Positions 1-7,761 of a stretch of DNA of 64,000 bases are shown in pieces; the stretch's first letter is position 1; each line of letters starts with the position of its first letter. Below the pieces are notes generated by a model. That model was not told the origin of the DNA and made no database searches. It saw nothing but the letters and a program-made list of their open reading frames with translations. Made by a program: the position numbers and the translations under genes. Location of the stretch: positions 119,631-183,630 of the IMG/VR virus record IMGVR_UViG_3300028591_000090. One strand, written 5' to 3'. This DNA comes from a virus. Lineage: Duplodnaviria; Caudoviricetes.

Positions 1-802
1 CATTTGGTGTTGAAGTAATGATAATTCTACTACCTGGTGTACCAGAAATTGTAGGATATGTTGAACGCCAAAAGTCATCAATAAAGTTTGCAGAAATATG
101 TGCAAACTCATCCATATATAACAAGTCAATACTCAAACCGATAGCAGATTTCTTTGTTGTTGAACGACCAATTATACGACAACCATTATCCAATTTCATT
201 GATTGTACGTTGTTAATCAATATACCCGGCTTCATAAAGAACGGTAAATTGTTCATAATCTGCTTTACCTTATCAATAATTTCTTTTGTCGTATCCAAAA
301 TATCACCCAACATCAATACGTTCTTTTCCTTATGGAACAATACAAACCATAAAATAAAGATTGCAGAAGTTGTTGTATTATGTGATAAAACATCCCCTGT
401 ATAATAAGAATGCTCACCACTATCAACACTTATATCATACATATAAAACTTATATGGATGTCTTACAACCTCAAGAACAACTTTTGGCTTATCCTTACCA
501 TATAAAACTTGACCATATACTAAATCTTTAGCATATACCGTCCTTAAATTTATATCAAAAAATAAATGATTGTCTGCACACTCTATCGACGTTCCATCTG
601 AAAATTTTACCTCATATACTTGATATGGCTTCGTTATATACAAATCTGTTGCTTTATGATAACCATCTCGTGATAAAACCTCTACATCTTCAAGACTTTC
701 ATGATACACAAACTTATTATCCATAATAACAGCATTACGAAACATTAAATATTCCGTAAACTGTATCAAATATCCTATTATGGTCTTTAATATTTGCTTC
801 AT
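1..802 (-). CDS. terL: Terminase large subunit C-terminal part, preceded by a 142-aa split C-intein (runs off the window edge; not in the ORF track)
   Basis: Hand translation from ATG 802 (ATGA overlap with the endonuclease stop): MKQILKTIIGYLIQFTEYLMFRN...SIECADNHLFF...MYDISVDSGEHSYYTGDVLSHN|TTTSAIFILWFVLFHKEKNVLMLG...SAIGLSIDLLYMDEFAHI...RIIITSTPN. Walker B LLYMDEFAH and the coupling motif ITSTPN match T4 gp17-type terminases. The frame is open to the edge. Confidence 0.93.
   Translation of the reverse strand, partial: MKQILKTIIGYLIQFTEYLMFRNAVIMDNKFVYHESLEDVEVLSRDGYHKATDLYITKPYQVYEVKFSDGTSIECADNHLFFDINLRTVYAKDLVYGQVLYGKDKPKVVLEVVRHPYKFYMYDISVDSGEHSYYTGDVLSHNTTTSAIFILWFVLFHKEKNVLMLGDILDTTKEIIDKVKQIMNNLPFFMKPGILINNVQSMKLDNGCRIIGRSTTKKSAIGLSIDLLYMDEFAHISANFIDDFWRSTYPTISGTPGSRIIITSTPN
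377..802 (-). mobile_element. Split intein, C-terminal fragment (IntC, 142 aa, blocks B, F and G)
   Basis: Block B-like ECADNH, block F MYDISV, block G SHN followed by Thr+1 (codon 376-374). Confidence 0.9.
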
Positions 803-1941
803 TTCTCTAAAAACTCTTTACACTCTGCTATAACAGATTCTTTGTTTTTTTTATAATCATTTTCCCATACAACCAATACATCAAAACCTAATGACTCTGC
901 ATATTGTTTCTTTTTCTTGTCGTATGCCCACCTTTCTTCTGCTTTCATTTTATTATTTGAAAAAGAATCTTTATCTTTAAAAGTTTCTGGATTATAATGC
1001 CAAAAATCTCCATTAAATTCTATTATCTTATTTTTATAACAAAAATCATAAGCATAACATCTACTTTCTATATTATCAAAGACAAAAAATTGTCTATTAC
1101 CAACACAAGAAAAACAATTTTTTGATTCTATTTTTGTTTCATTTAATAAATTTGATATAAACTCTTTTTCTAAATTAGAAGAAAAACCATCTTGTTTTTT
1201 GGGTATTTTTGAGAATAATCCTTGTTTATACATTCCTTCTACTTTTTCAGACCATTTTCTTTGCCTTTCATAAAAACGTCTTTCTCCTTCTTCTTTACCA
1301 TATTTTTCTATACATTTATCTAATGTAAATGTTCTTTGTCTTTCTGATAATGCTTCTTTTGCGTCTTCTTCTGACATTCCCTGATTTAAATAATATTCTA
1401 TTTGTGTTGGACCAATCCTATCTTTTAATGATTCTTTTGCAAATTCATGAACTTTATTCTCTGCTTCCTCTTCGCTATATCCCCTTTTTATATAAAAATA
1501 TTTAGAAAAAGGTGAATTTTCTTTCAATTCTTGCTCCGTATGTTTTGATTTGTGCATTGGATTCTTTTCTCCTTTAAACTTTTCTGAAAACATTTTCTTA
1601 TACTTTTCATTTTTCATATGTTTTCCAGAATTTTTACTTGTATTTTTATAATCGTTTTCACAATACAAAGGAGCCTCTGGAAATTCTTTCTTATACTCAT
1701 CAAGAGTTCTGTCTGGGTGCATATTTCTCATCCAAACACCATAAATTCTTGGAGTAACTAATCCATTCCATCTATCAACAACATAATCAACCCCTTCTAC
1801 ACCTTTTCTTAACTCTTCTTGTTTCTGCTTAAAAAGATATTCCTCTCTACAAGACGGTTTACAATATAGTTGAGTTTTACATTTTTGTTCAAATTCTTTT
1901 CCGCAATTTGGACAAATAATTATTTTATGTTCTGCCTTCAT
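799..1941 (-). CDS. Free-standing homing endonuclease, Vsr-like/DUF559 (EDxHD-type), with N-terminal Zn finger and NUMOD-like repeats
   Basis: CPNCGKEF...YCKPSC Zn finger; KFKGEKNPMHKSKHT NUMOD3-like segment; C-terminal YDFCYKNKIIEFNGDFWH...DKKKKQYAESLGFDVLVVWE nuclease. It lies between the two terL halves. Confidence 0.85.
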   Translation of the reverse strand: MKAEHKIIICPNCGKEFEQKCKTQLYCKPSCREEYLFKQKQEELRKGVEGVDYVVDRWNGLVTPRIYGVWMRNMHPDRTLDEYKKEFPEAPLYCENDYKNTSKNSGKHMKNEKYKKMFSEKFKGEKNPMHKSKHTEQELKENSPFSKYFYIKRGYSEEEAENKVHEFAKESLKDRIGPTQIEYYLNQGMSEEDAKEALSERQRTFTLDKCIEKYGKEEGERRFYERQRKWSEKVEGMYKQGLFSKIPKKQDGFSSNLEKEFISNLLNETKIESKNCFSCVGNRQFFVFDNIESRCYAYDFCYKNKIIEFNGDFWHYNPETFKDKDSFSNNKMKAEERWAYDKKKKQYAESLGFDVLVVWENDYKKNKESVIAECKEFLEK

Positions 1942-1942
1942 A

Positions 1943-2497
1943 TTAACTTAATTTTTCATATATTCTATAAAGAAAATTACGTATCCTTACAAGTATATTT
2001 ATTTTCAATTTTGTTGGCATCTCGCCAAGTTTTATTTTCCTATTATTTACTTGAATATCAGTATTATAAGGGCAACACTTCCCAATTTGACGGCTTGCGA
2101 GTACAATACACTGGGGATGTTTTATAAACCCTTCCAAAAGTCCTTGTTGATAATCTCTTAATTTAATACTTTCATATCCAGTTCCAGTTTTTAATTTACA
2201 GAATTTATCAGCAAAATATATCGGGTCTGCAGCACATTTACGTAATTCGTCCATTTCTTCCCTTGTATATTCAAAGGTAATTCTTGGTTTTCTAAATGTA
2301 ATATCATTTTGTAGAAATGGGGAGTTTTTAATTCTGCTTAATTCAATAAAACCATCTTGATATTCTTTAATAACTTGATTAACTTTTTCTGTGGACCAAG
2401 CAATATCTTCGTGTCCTTGATTATTTTTATCAAAGCCATCTAATTTAGTAACGTCGATATTAGTAAATGTTCCACCTTTTTTGAAATAGTTAATCAA
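1943..2497 (-). CDS. terL: Terminase large subunit N-terminal part, fused to a 44-aa split N-intein
   Basis: DPIYFADKFCK, Q motif IKLRDYQ and Walker A ASRQIGK, followed immediately by CCPYNTDIQV (intein block A) and then a stop. TTG start. Confidence 0.92.
   Translation of the reverse strand: MINYFKKGGTFTNIDVTKLDGFDKNNQGHEDIAWSTEKVNQVIKEYQDGFIELSRIKNSPFLQNDITFRKPRITFEYTREEMDELRKCAADPIYFADKFCKLKTGTGYESIKLRDYQQGLLEGFIKHPQCIVLASRQIGKCCPYNTDIQVNNRKIKLGEMPTKLKINILVRIRNFLYRIYEKLS
1946..2077 (-). mobile_element. Split intein, short N-terminal fragment (IntN, 44 aa)
   Basis: Cys1 (codon 2077-2075) directly follows the Walker A Lys. Joining to the C-part restores SRQIGK|TTT. Confidence 0.88.
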
Positions 2498-2512
2498 AGT
2501 ACATCAATTATT

Positions 2513-3436
2513 TTATAGCATTTGAAGAATATCTGAATCATCGTCCATTTCGTCTTCGGCACGAATTGTTGTTGCATCAACATCATATTCTTCTACTAAA
2601 TCATTTTTATTTGCGTGATTTACATATCTTGAAACGTCTCCACGTTCTTTAAGATAATCGCTTCGTTGTTCTTTAATTTCTTCTTCTGTAAACTTATTTT
2701 TAGATATTTCTTCAATAAGTATTAACGGGTCTGATGTAATAAAGAACTTTTCTTCTTGATTTGTTTCTTGTGGAAGTTGTTTTGTTTGTTGTTGTGGTTC
2801 AATATCCTCTACTGGAACAGAAACATTCTTTTTACCAGAATATGTTGTTTTAAGCATATTATAATCTTGAGCCTCGATTTTTGCCTTTTTATAGGTTTCT
2901 TCAAGGAATATCATATAATTTGCTTGTGTTCTTGTAAGTTCAGACATTTGTGAATTAAGGTTACAAAATGCCTCTATAACTTTAGGATTAGTATTTCCGG
3001 CATCAATATCTTCCATTATTCTCGCTAAAACGACTTTTGTCATTTTTAATTGGAACAATGTATTAGACATATTGAGCGTATCGAAACTTTTTTTCTTTTC
3101 GATATATTCTGGCTTATCAATAACACCAAAAGCAAAATAGAAATCATACATTGACTCTATTAAGTTCTTTGCTTGTGTTTTGAATCGCTTATCTAATTCT
3201 GCAATATTAAGTGGTGCTTGTGATTGTGATGGCGTTCTATCTGATTGGCGTATTTGAGCACCAATATCAACTTTTGGTATATCAGGGATAAAGTCTTCCT
3301 TATTTTCGTCGTTTTTAGCGTCGAAATCAATTTCTTCTTGTGAATTATCGAATTGTGAAGGATTTATACCCTTCAACAATTCGTCTAATTCATTTCTTAA
3401 CTGTTTGTCTCTATCATCTGATGGTTTAGTTGCCAT
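2513..3436 (-). CDS. Hypothetical helical protein; candidate small terminase by position
   Basis: 307-aa ORF directly upstream of terL, no diagnostic motif. Confidence 0.4.
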   Translation of the reverse strand: MATKPSDDRDKQLRNELDELLKGINPSQFDNSQEEIDFDAKNDENKEDFIPDIPKVDIGAQIRQSDRTPSQSQAPLNIAELDKRFKTQAKNLIESMYDFYFAFGVIDKPEYIEKKKSFDTLNMSNTLFQLKMTKVVLARIMEDIDAGNTNPKVIEAFCNLNSQMSELTRTQANYMIFLEETYKKAKIEAQDYNMLKTTYSGKKNVSVPVEDIEPQQQTKQLPQETNQEEKFFITSDPLILIEEISKNKFTEEEIKEQRSDYLKERGDVSRYVNHANKNDLVEEYDVDATTIRAEDEMDDDSDILQML

Positions 3437-3885
3437 TATAGTTCAATTAAGCCCAATTCTATCATAATATTAAGAACGCTTGCTTCAATATTCGTATTAA
3501 CAAAATCTTCAACAGTTCTTTTTTCTTTCATTTCTGAATCAAAGTAAGTTTTCGTTAAATCAATCTTTTCAACTGTAAAATCTACTTGTTCACGGTCTAA
3601 ATCATTCAATGCTTTAACCAAACCTTCTCTATCTTCGATTTCAATATCATCTAAAGTTTGAGGGTTTTCTTTACGAGTACCATCTGCTTGTTCTACACCA
3701 ATAAAACTACCGTTTTCATCAAGAACAGCGAATTTATTGATAATATCAAGACGTTTTTCGTCATATTCCTTTATGATTTCATCTACCTTTTTAGAATTTT
3801 TAGTCAAAATGATAGAAAAAGGAACTTTTTGATCTGCAAAATGTTTCAAAACATTGCTTAAATTTAAAATTTGAATGTAATTCAT
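3436..3885 (-). CDS. Hypothetical phage protein
   Basis: 149-aa ORF overlapping the next start codon, with its own host-type -7 promoter box. Confidence 0.6.
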   Translation of the reverse strand: MNYIQILNLSNVLKHFADQKVPFSIILTKNSKKVDEIIKEYDEKRLDIINKFAVLDENGSFIGVEQADGTRKENPQTLDDIEIEDREGLVKALNDLDREQVDFTVEKIDLTKTYFDSEMKEKRTVEDFVNTNIEASVLNIMIELGLIEL

Positions 3886-3916
3886 TTTATTATAGATTAT
3901 TTTTATTATTACAACG

Positions 3917-3924
3917 CAAATATA
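3917..3924 (-). promoter_or_regulatory. Bacteroidota sigma-A -7 element (TATATTTG)
   Basis: TAnnTTTG about 30 nt upstream of ATG 3885. Confidence 0.6.
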
Positions 3925-3934
3925 CCAAAAAATG

Positions 3935-4564
3935 TTATTTTTTAATAATAAATGAGTTCACCTCTATTTTCCCATTAGGTCTTGTCATCGTTGCTGTTGT
4001 TGAATAGACAACTTTACGTGGGATAAAGATGTTTTTTAGTCTAAATTTGCCGATTTTTTCTTTGTGTGTAATAATATCTATAGTGTCTGCTGTTGATAAG
4101 TCAAAATTTAGTGTATCTTTTGATACATAGAAGAAAATATCAGTCCAAGTATCGTGATAATGTCCTGTTTTATATAAAATACCACCATTTGATAGAGAAT
4201 CTTTAAGATATACAGTATCTTTTATATAAATTTTAGTAGTTCCTGTTGCTGCACCACTAATTTTCTTCAATTTAATATTCAAATCATCTATTATTTTCTT
4301 TAAATGTGCTATTTCTTTATTGGAACTTGTCTTAAATTCTTCGAGAGTAAGTTCTGCTTGTTTCGTTTTAGCGGCATTTTTGCCACTTTCAGTCTTATAA
4401 TACACAACAGAATCACTTACAGCATAAAAATTCGTTGTGAGTCTATCTATTTCCTTACTTTGATTACAAGATTTTGTCATAAAAACGGCAACAACAACAG
4501 AAAGAGCCAATATAATTAGTTCTTTAGAGTATTTTTGCAAATATTTCAAAAAAAAGTTTATCAT
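3935..4564 (-). CDS. Membrane-anchored coiled-coil protein, spanin (Rz)-like candidate
   Basis: N-terminal hydrophobic helix LIILALSVVVAVFM, a coiled coil, then a beta-rich C-terminus with several D-[ST]-[VIL] motifs. Confidence 0.5.
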   Translation of the reverse strand: MINFFLKYLQKYSKELIILALSVVVAVFMTKSCNQSKEIDRLTTNFYAVSDSVVYYKTESGKNAAKTKQAELTLEEFKTSSNKEIAHLKKIIDDLNIKLKKISGAATGTTKIYIKDTVYLKDSLSNGGILYKTGHYHDTWTDIFFYVSKDTLNFDLSTADTIDIITHKEKIGKFRLKNIFIPRKVVYSTTATMTRPNGKIEVNSFIIKK

Positions 4565-4567
4565 ACT

Positions 4568-4642
4568 TTACATATTAGAGGTTATCGCTATAGAAACCAA
4601 TATCACAGTTATATAAACTCCAACCCAAATCGCTCCAATCAT
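4568..4642 (-). CDS. 24-aa single-TM micropeptide MIGAIWVGVYITVILVSIAITSNM (below the ORF-track cutoff)
   Basis: ATG 4642 to TAA 4568, ending 3 nt before the start of 4564. CTAAATA late-like motif at 4657-4663. Confidence 0.5.
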   Translation of the reverse strand: MIGAIWVGVYITVILVSIAITSNM

Positions 4643-4682
4643 GACATTTTTTCTTTTATTTAGTTATTTTTTTACCAAAATA

Positions 4683-4714
4683 TTTGCATTTGTTAAAAAA
4701 TATGTTTATATTTG
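4683..4714 (+). promoter_or_regulatory. Bacteroidota sigma-A promoter
   Basis: TTTG (4683-4686), 20-nt spacer, TATATTTG (4707-4714). Confidence 0.8.
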
Positions 4715-4742
4715 CATTGTTAAATTAAAAAAGATAAAGGTT

Positions 4743-5297
4743 ATGAAAAAATTAGTATTCTTATCGGCAGTTTTAATGGTAATAACATTAATGTCAAGTT
4801 GTAAACAAAGTTCTACAGTTATTAATAACATTGACCAATCAGAAAGTTATTGTGGTGAACTTGATAGTTATGAAACTAAGGATATTAAATATGAAGATGC
4901 ATACTTCAAATTTTTTATATACAAAACAGGAGAAAGGGAAATGATTGATTTTTATCAAAGAACAAATGGTAGTTCAAAAGGAATTTATCTTGGAAATTCA
5001 TCTAAAGCAGAAATTATAAATTTATTTAAATTTTTAAAAAATTTTGCAGAAAATGAATATTTATATGACACCATACGATTTGATTCAAAACTTTATTATA
5101 TAGAACATACATATAATAATTATAATAAAGTAACTATTAGAGAAATTATAAAAGACAAAAATTTTAATCCACATAAAGAATGTGGTAAAAAATTACGTGA
5201 AAAAGACACAATAAATGACTTTATTATAGATTATATAGATATAAAAAGAGTTTCTGATTGGATAGAAGATTTTGATGGTGATATTATCAACAAATAA
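4743..5297 (+). CDS. Lipoprotein (moron; possible superinfection-exclusion protein)
   Basis: True start is probably ATG 4743. MKKLVFLSAVLMVITLMSS-C is a signal peptide II with lipobox. Opposite strand to its neighbours, with its own promoter. Confidence 0.7.
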   Translation: MKKLVFLSAVLMVITLMSSCKQSSTVINNIDQSESYCGELDSYETKDIKYEDAYFKFFIYKTGEREMIDFYQRTNGSSKGIYLGNSSKAEIINLFKFLKNFAENEYLYDTIRFDSKLYYIEHTYNNYNKVTIREIIKDKNFNPHKECGKKLREKDTINDFIIDYIDIKRVSDWIEDFDGDIINK

Positions 5298-5302
5298 TAA
5301 TA

Positions 5303-5851
5303 TTATTCTTCTTTAGATTTATTTTCAATCATAAAAACATCAGAGAAATCAACGCCCATATATTCAGATGGAGGTCTTCTGTATCGGCAATTCCGAACAA
5401 GACACTTCATCTTTTCTAATCGTTCTACTTCTAGTTTAAGTTCAGATAAATCGTGAAGAAAAACATCTTTTTCATTACGTAAAGCAACTTTATCGTCTCT
5501 ATGTTTAGTGACCTCTTCATATAACATATCTATTTTTCTATCTTTTTCTTCTATTCTTCGTTCCCATTCTATAATTCTTTCATCGAGTTTCTTTTCTCTT
5601 TCATCTAATTTAGCGTATACTTTATCGTATTCTTCTTTACGTTCTGTAAGTTGTTTATCACAATCTTCTTTTGTCGTTGTAATTTGTGCTATAGCAGCCT
5701 CATATAATTTTTTCCATTCTTCCCCTTCAAATGCTTCGTTTTCTAAATGTGCATGTTTTTTTTGGTATTTATTCATAAGGAATCCTCCGCCTGCAAAAGT
5801 AACAATTATAGTTATAACTTGTGGTAATATTTCTAATATATAATCTAACAT
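5303..5851 (-). CDS. Holin-like / membrane-anchored coiled-coil protein
   Basis: N-terminal TM (VITIIVTFAGGGFL), long coiled coil, C-terminal KCLVRNCRYRRPP. ATAAATA motif upstream. Confidence 0.5.
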   Translation of the reverse strand: MLDYILEILPQVITIIVTFAGGGFLMNKYQKKHAHLENEAFEGEEWKKLYEAAIAQITTTKEDCDKQLTERKEEYDKVYAKLDEREKKLDERIIEWERRIEEKDRKIDMLYEEVTKHRDDKVALRNEKDVFLHDLSELKLEVERLEKMKCLVRNCRYRRPPSEYMGVDFSDVFMIENKSKEE

Positions 5852-5890
5852 AATAAAAATTCTTTAACAGAATTATTTATTCTAAAAAAA

Positions 5891-6592
5891 TCACCTCAAA
5901 TACTTCTCTAAATCATACAGTATCAATATATCAGAGACTGTTCGACCAAATCTTATCTCCTTATCAAATCCTGCAAAATGCAAAAATGTACCTATTTTCA
6001 TTTGTTGTATAGATAAATCGTTATCCAAAGCATAATGATAACTCCAGTTTTCTTCTAACGAATACAAGTCATCAAACACAACTTCTTGAGATAAATCTTC
6101 CACACATTCTTGTTGTGCTTTTTCATACATAAGGTCAAACATTCTATATGCTTTATCTGTTGCTCCACCCAATATACCAGAGCACATTACACAACCATTT
6201 GATAATTCTTTTGGATAATGTTTATATGGTGCTTGAGTTTTTTCCAACATTCTTATATTTTCAGAATACAAATCAAAACCATCATCTACCTTAAATGTTG
6301 GCATTACAAATATATCCAAATCAACGTGTAAAAATGGTTTTCTCTGTAATGTATATGTCTTTAGTTTTGGTATATTCCAATATCTTCTATCCCAATTCCA
6401 ATCAAAAAAATCAACGTCGATAATATCATCAAACGGTAAATGTTCAAAATCTTCCCTACAATCTGTATAAAGTATCGTGTTGTTCTTTGTATGTTTTTTC
6501 ATAGAACCAACAGCAAGAGTAGCCAATTTCATAGTTATATCTGAAATTGGTTTTAATTTATCTATTTGACAGTATGTATAAACTATATTCAC
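5891..6592 (-). CDS. Putative GT-A-fold glycosyltransferase (DUF6734-like)
   Basis: ILYTD, YWNIPKLKTY, PFLHVDLD (DxD), CSGILGG, FLHFAG. Confidence 0.65.
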   Translation of the reverse strand: MNIVYTYCQIDKLKPISDITMKLATLAVGSMKKHTKNNTILYTDCREDFEHLPFDDIIDVDFFDWNWDRRYWNIPKLKTYTLQRKPFLHVDLDIFVMPTFKVDDGFDLYSENIRMLEKTQAPYKHYPKELSNGCVMCSGILGGATDKAYRMFDLMYEKAQQECVEDLSQEVVFDDLYSLEENWSYHYALDNDLSIQQMKIGTFLHFAGFDKEIRFGRTVSDILILYDLEKYLR

Positions 6593-7350
6593 TATTTCAA
6601 TATTATTGACTTATACCAAACACCTTTCTTTCTACCACTTGAAGAAGAACTTGCATTTTCTTTCATATACATAAAGTTTATACCAACAACATTTGTTTTA
6701 TCAAAACCAGATGAGGGTAAACTTAAAGTATATGTAACAGAATCTTCTGTCTGAGGAGAATCATTGTATTTTTCATGGTTAAATGTATGATTTGCATCAT
6801 CTTCTTTATAAGTAGTTACACTACCATTTCAATCTACTAATTGTACGTATAATATTAAATTGTTGTTATATGTTGTTATTTGTGTTGTTGTTGCTGAACG
6901 TGTATTATATCCATTACGCACAAGACATGTCGTAGAAGATGTATTTGTATAATTAAATACTTTTGCTTTTATATCTAATGTAGTTATATTTGTAAAATCT
7001 ATACCACTACCAAAACGATATTCTAAATGTCCGTGCTGACCAGAACTTGCAGAAGATGGTTCATTACACATTGCATATACTTGACCAAGTTCTATATCAC
7101 AAGGGTAAGTATCTGTTGAAGCCTCTGTACCAACAAGATAATATCCGTCAGATGCCGTATTAAATTTAGATTGTGTTTTACAATCGTCATAATAATAGAT
7201 ATTATACGTAGGAACAAAAGTCCAACCGTTTGTTCTTGCCGTTGATATATACGATTGACATTGAAAATCATTAGAAGCAAGATACCAAGCAGAATCAGCA
7301 AATCTACATTCGTGTGCTGACGTTGTTGATAAGTGTGATAAAATATCTCT
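6592..7350 (-). pseudogene. 3' remnant of an adhesin/tail-fibre gene with an internal TGA at 6831-6829
   Basis: The frame continues 78 codons past the TGA (NGSVTTYKEDD...GVWYKSIILK) to a TAG at 6594-6592 that overlaps the next GTG. The first part resembles the C-terminus of 7762..8958. Confidence 0.65.
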
Positions 7351-7674
7351 TGTACGACGTTTTTTTTCAACTTCCTTTATAATTTCTTTATTTACTATCA
7401 AAGTATCGTTAGAAGCCTTAAAAATGGTATCTGTTTTAACCAAATATTTAATCTTCTCCTTCCATTTTATATAATAAACAGTATCTGCCTTTGAATAAAT
7501 ATAAACACTATCCTTCAAATAAACACTATCCTTTTCGACCTTGCTCAAATAAACGGTGTCATAATTGTTTACATATTCAACCTTTTCTACTGTTTTGCAT
7601 CCATTGAATGTCAAAAGAAATGTAATGAATGCAACAAACATCAATATCAATAATATTCTCTTAAATGTTTCCAT
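6829..7674 (-). CDS. Chimeric ORF: truncated spanin-like lipoprotein fused in frame to the adhesin remnant
   Basis: Signal and lipobox (LLTFNG-C), DSV/DTV repeats, then an abrupt change of composition after KEVEKK (about 7360). Confidence 0.6.
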   Translation of the reverse strand: METFKRILLILMFVAFITFLLTFNGCKTVEKVEYVNNYDTVYLSKVEKDSVYLKDSVYIYSKADTVYYIKWKEKIKYLVKTDTIFKASNDTLIVNKEIIKEVEKKRRTRDILSHLSTTSAHECRFADSAWYLASNDFQCQSYISTARTNGWTFVPTYNIYYYDDCKTQSKFNTASDGYYLVGTEASTDTYPCDIELGQVYAMCNEPSSASSGQHGHLEYRFGSGIDFTNITTLDIKAKVFNYTNTSSTTCLVRNGYNTRSATTTQITTYNNNLILYVQLVD

Positions 7675-7699
7675 TTGTATAAGTTAATTTTTATGTTTT

Positions 7700-7760
7700 A
7701 AAAAAAAATACGACTGACCAAAAGGCTCTCCTCGTCCTAATTTTCCCAGCCGTATTTTTT
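7700..7760 (-). terminator. Intrinsic terminator
   Basis: On the minus strand ATACGGCTG...CAGTCGTAT stem followed by a T run, directly after the stop of 7762..8958. Confidence 0.65.
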
Positions 7761-7761
7761 A

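Noticed and set aside
18-404. 128-aa plus-strand ORF
   Set aside because: It is the antisense shadow of the terL C-terminal gene on the minus strand.
803-1945. Group I intron carrying the endonuclease
   Set aside because: The ORFs abut with a 1-nt gap and a 4-nt overlap, leaving no room for a ribozyme core. The split intein explains the break.
4641-4742. N-terminal extension of the lipoprotein given in the ORF track
   Set aside because: It overlaps the promoter; the signal peptide begins at ATG 4743.
7092-7370. 92-aa alternative-frame ORF
   Set aside because: It overlaps the adhesin-like frame and has no recognisable features.
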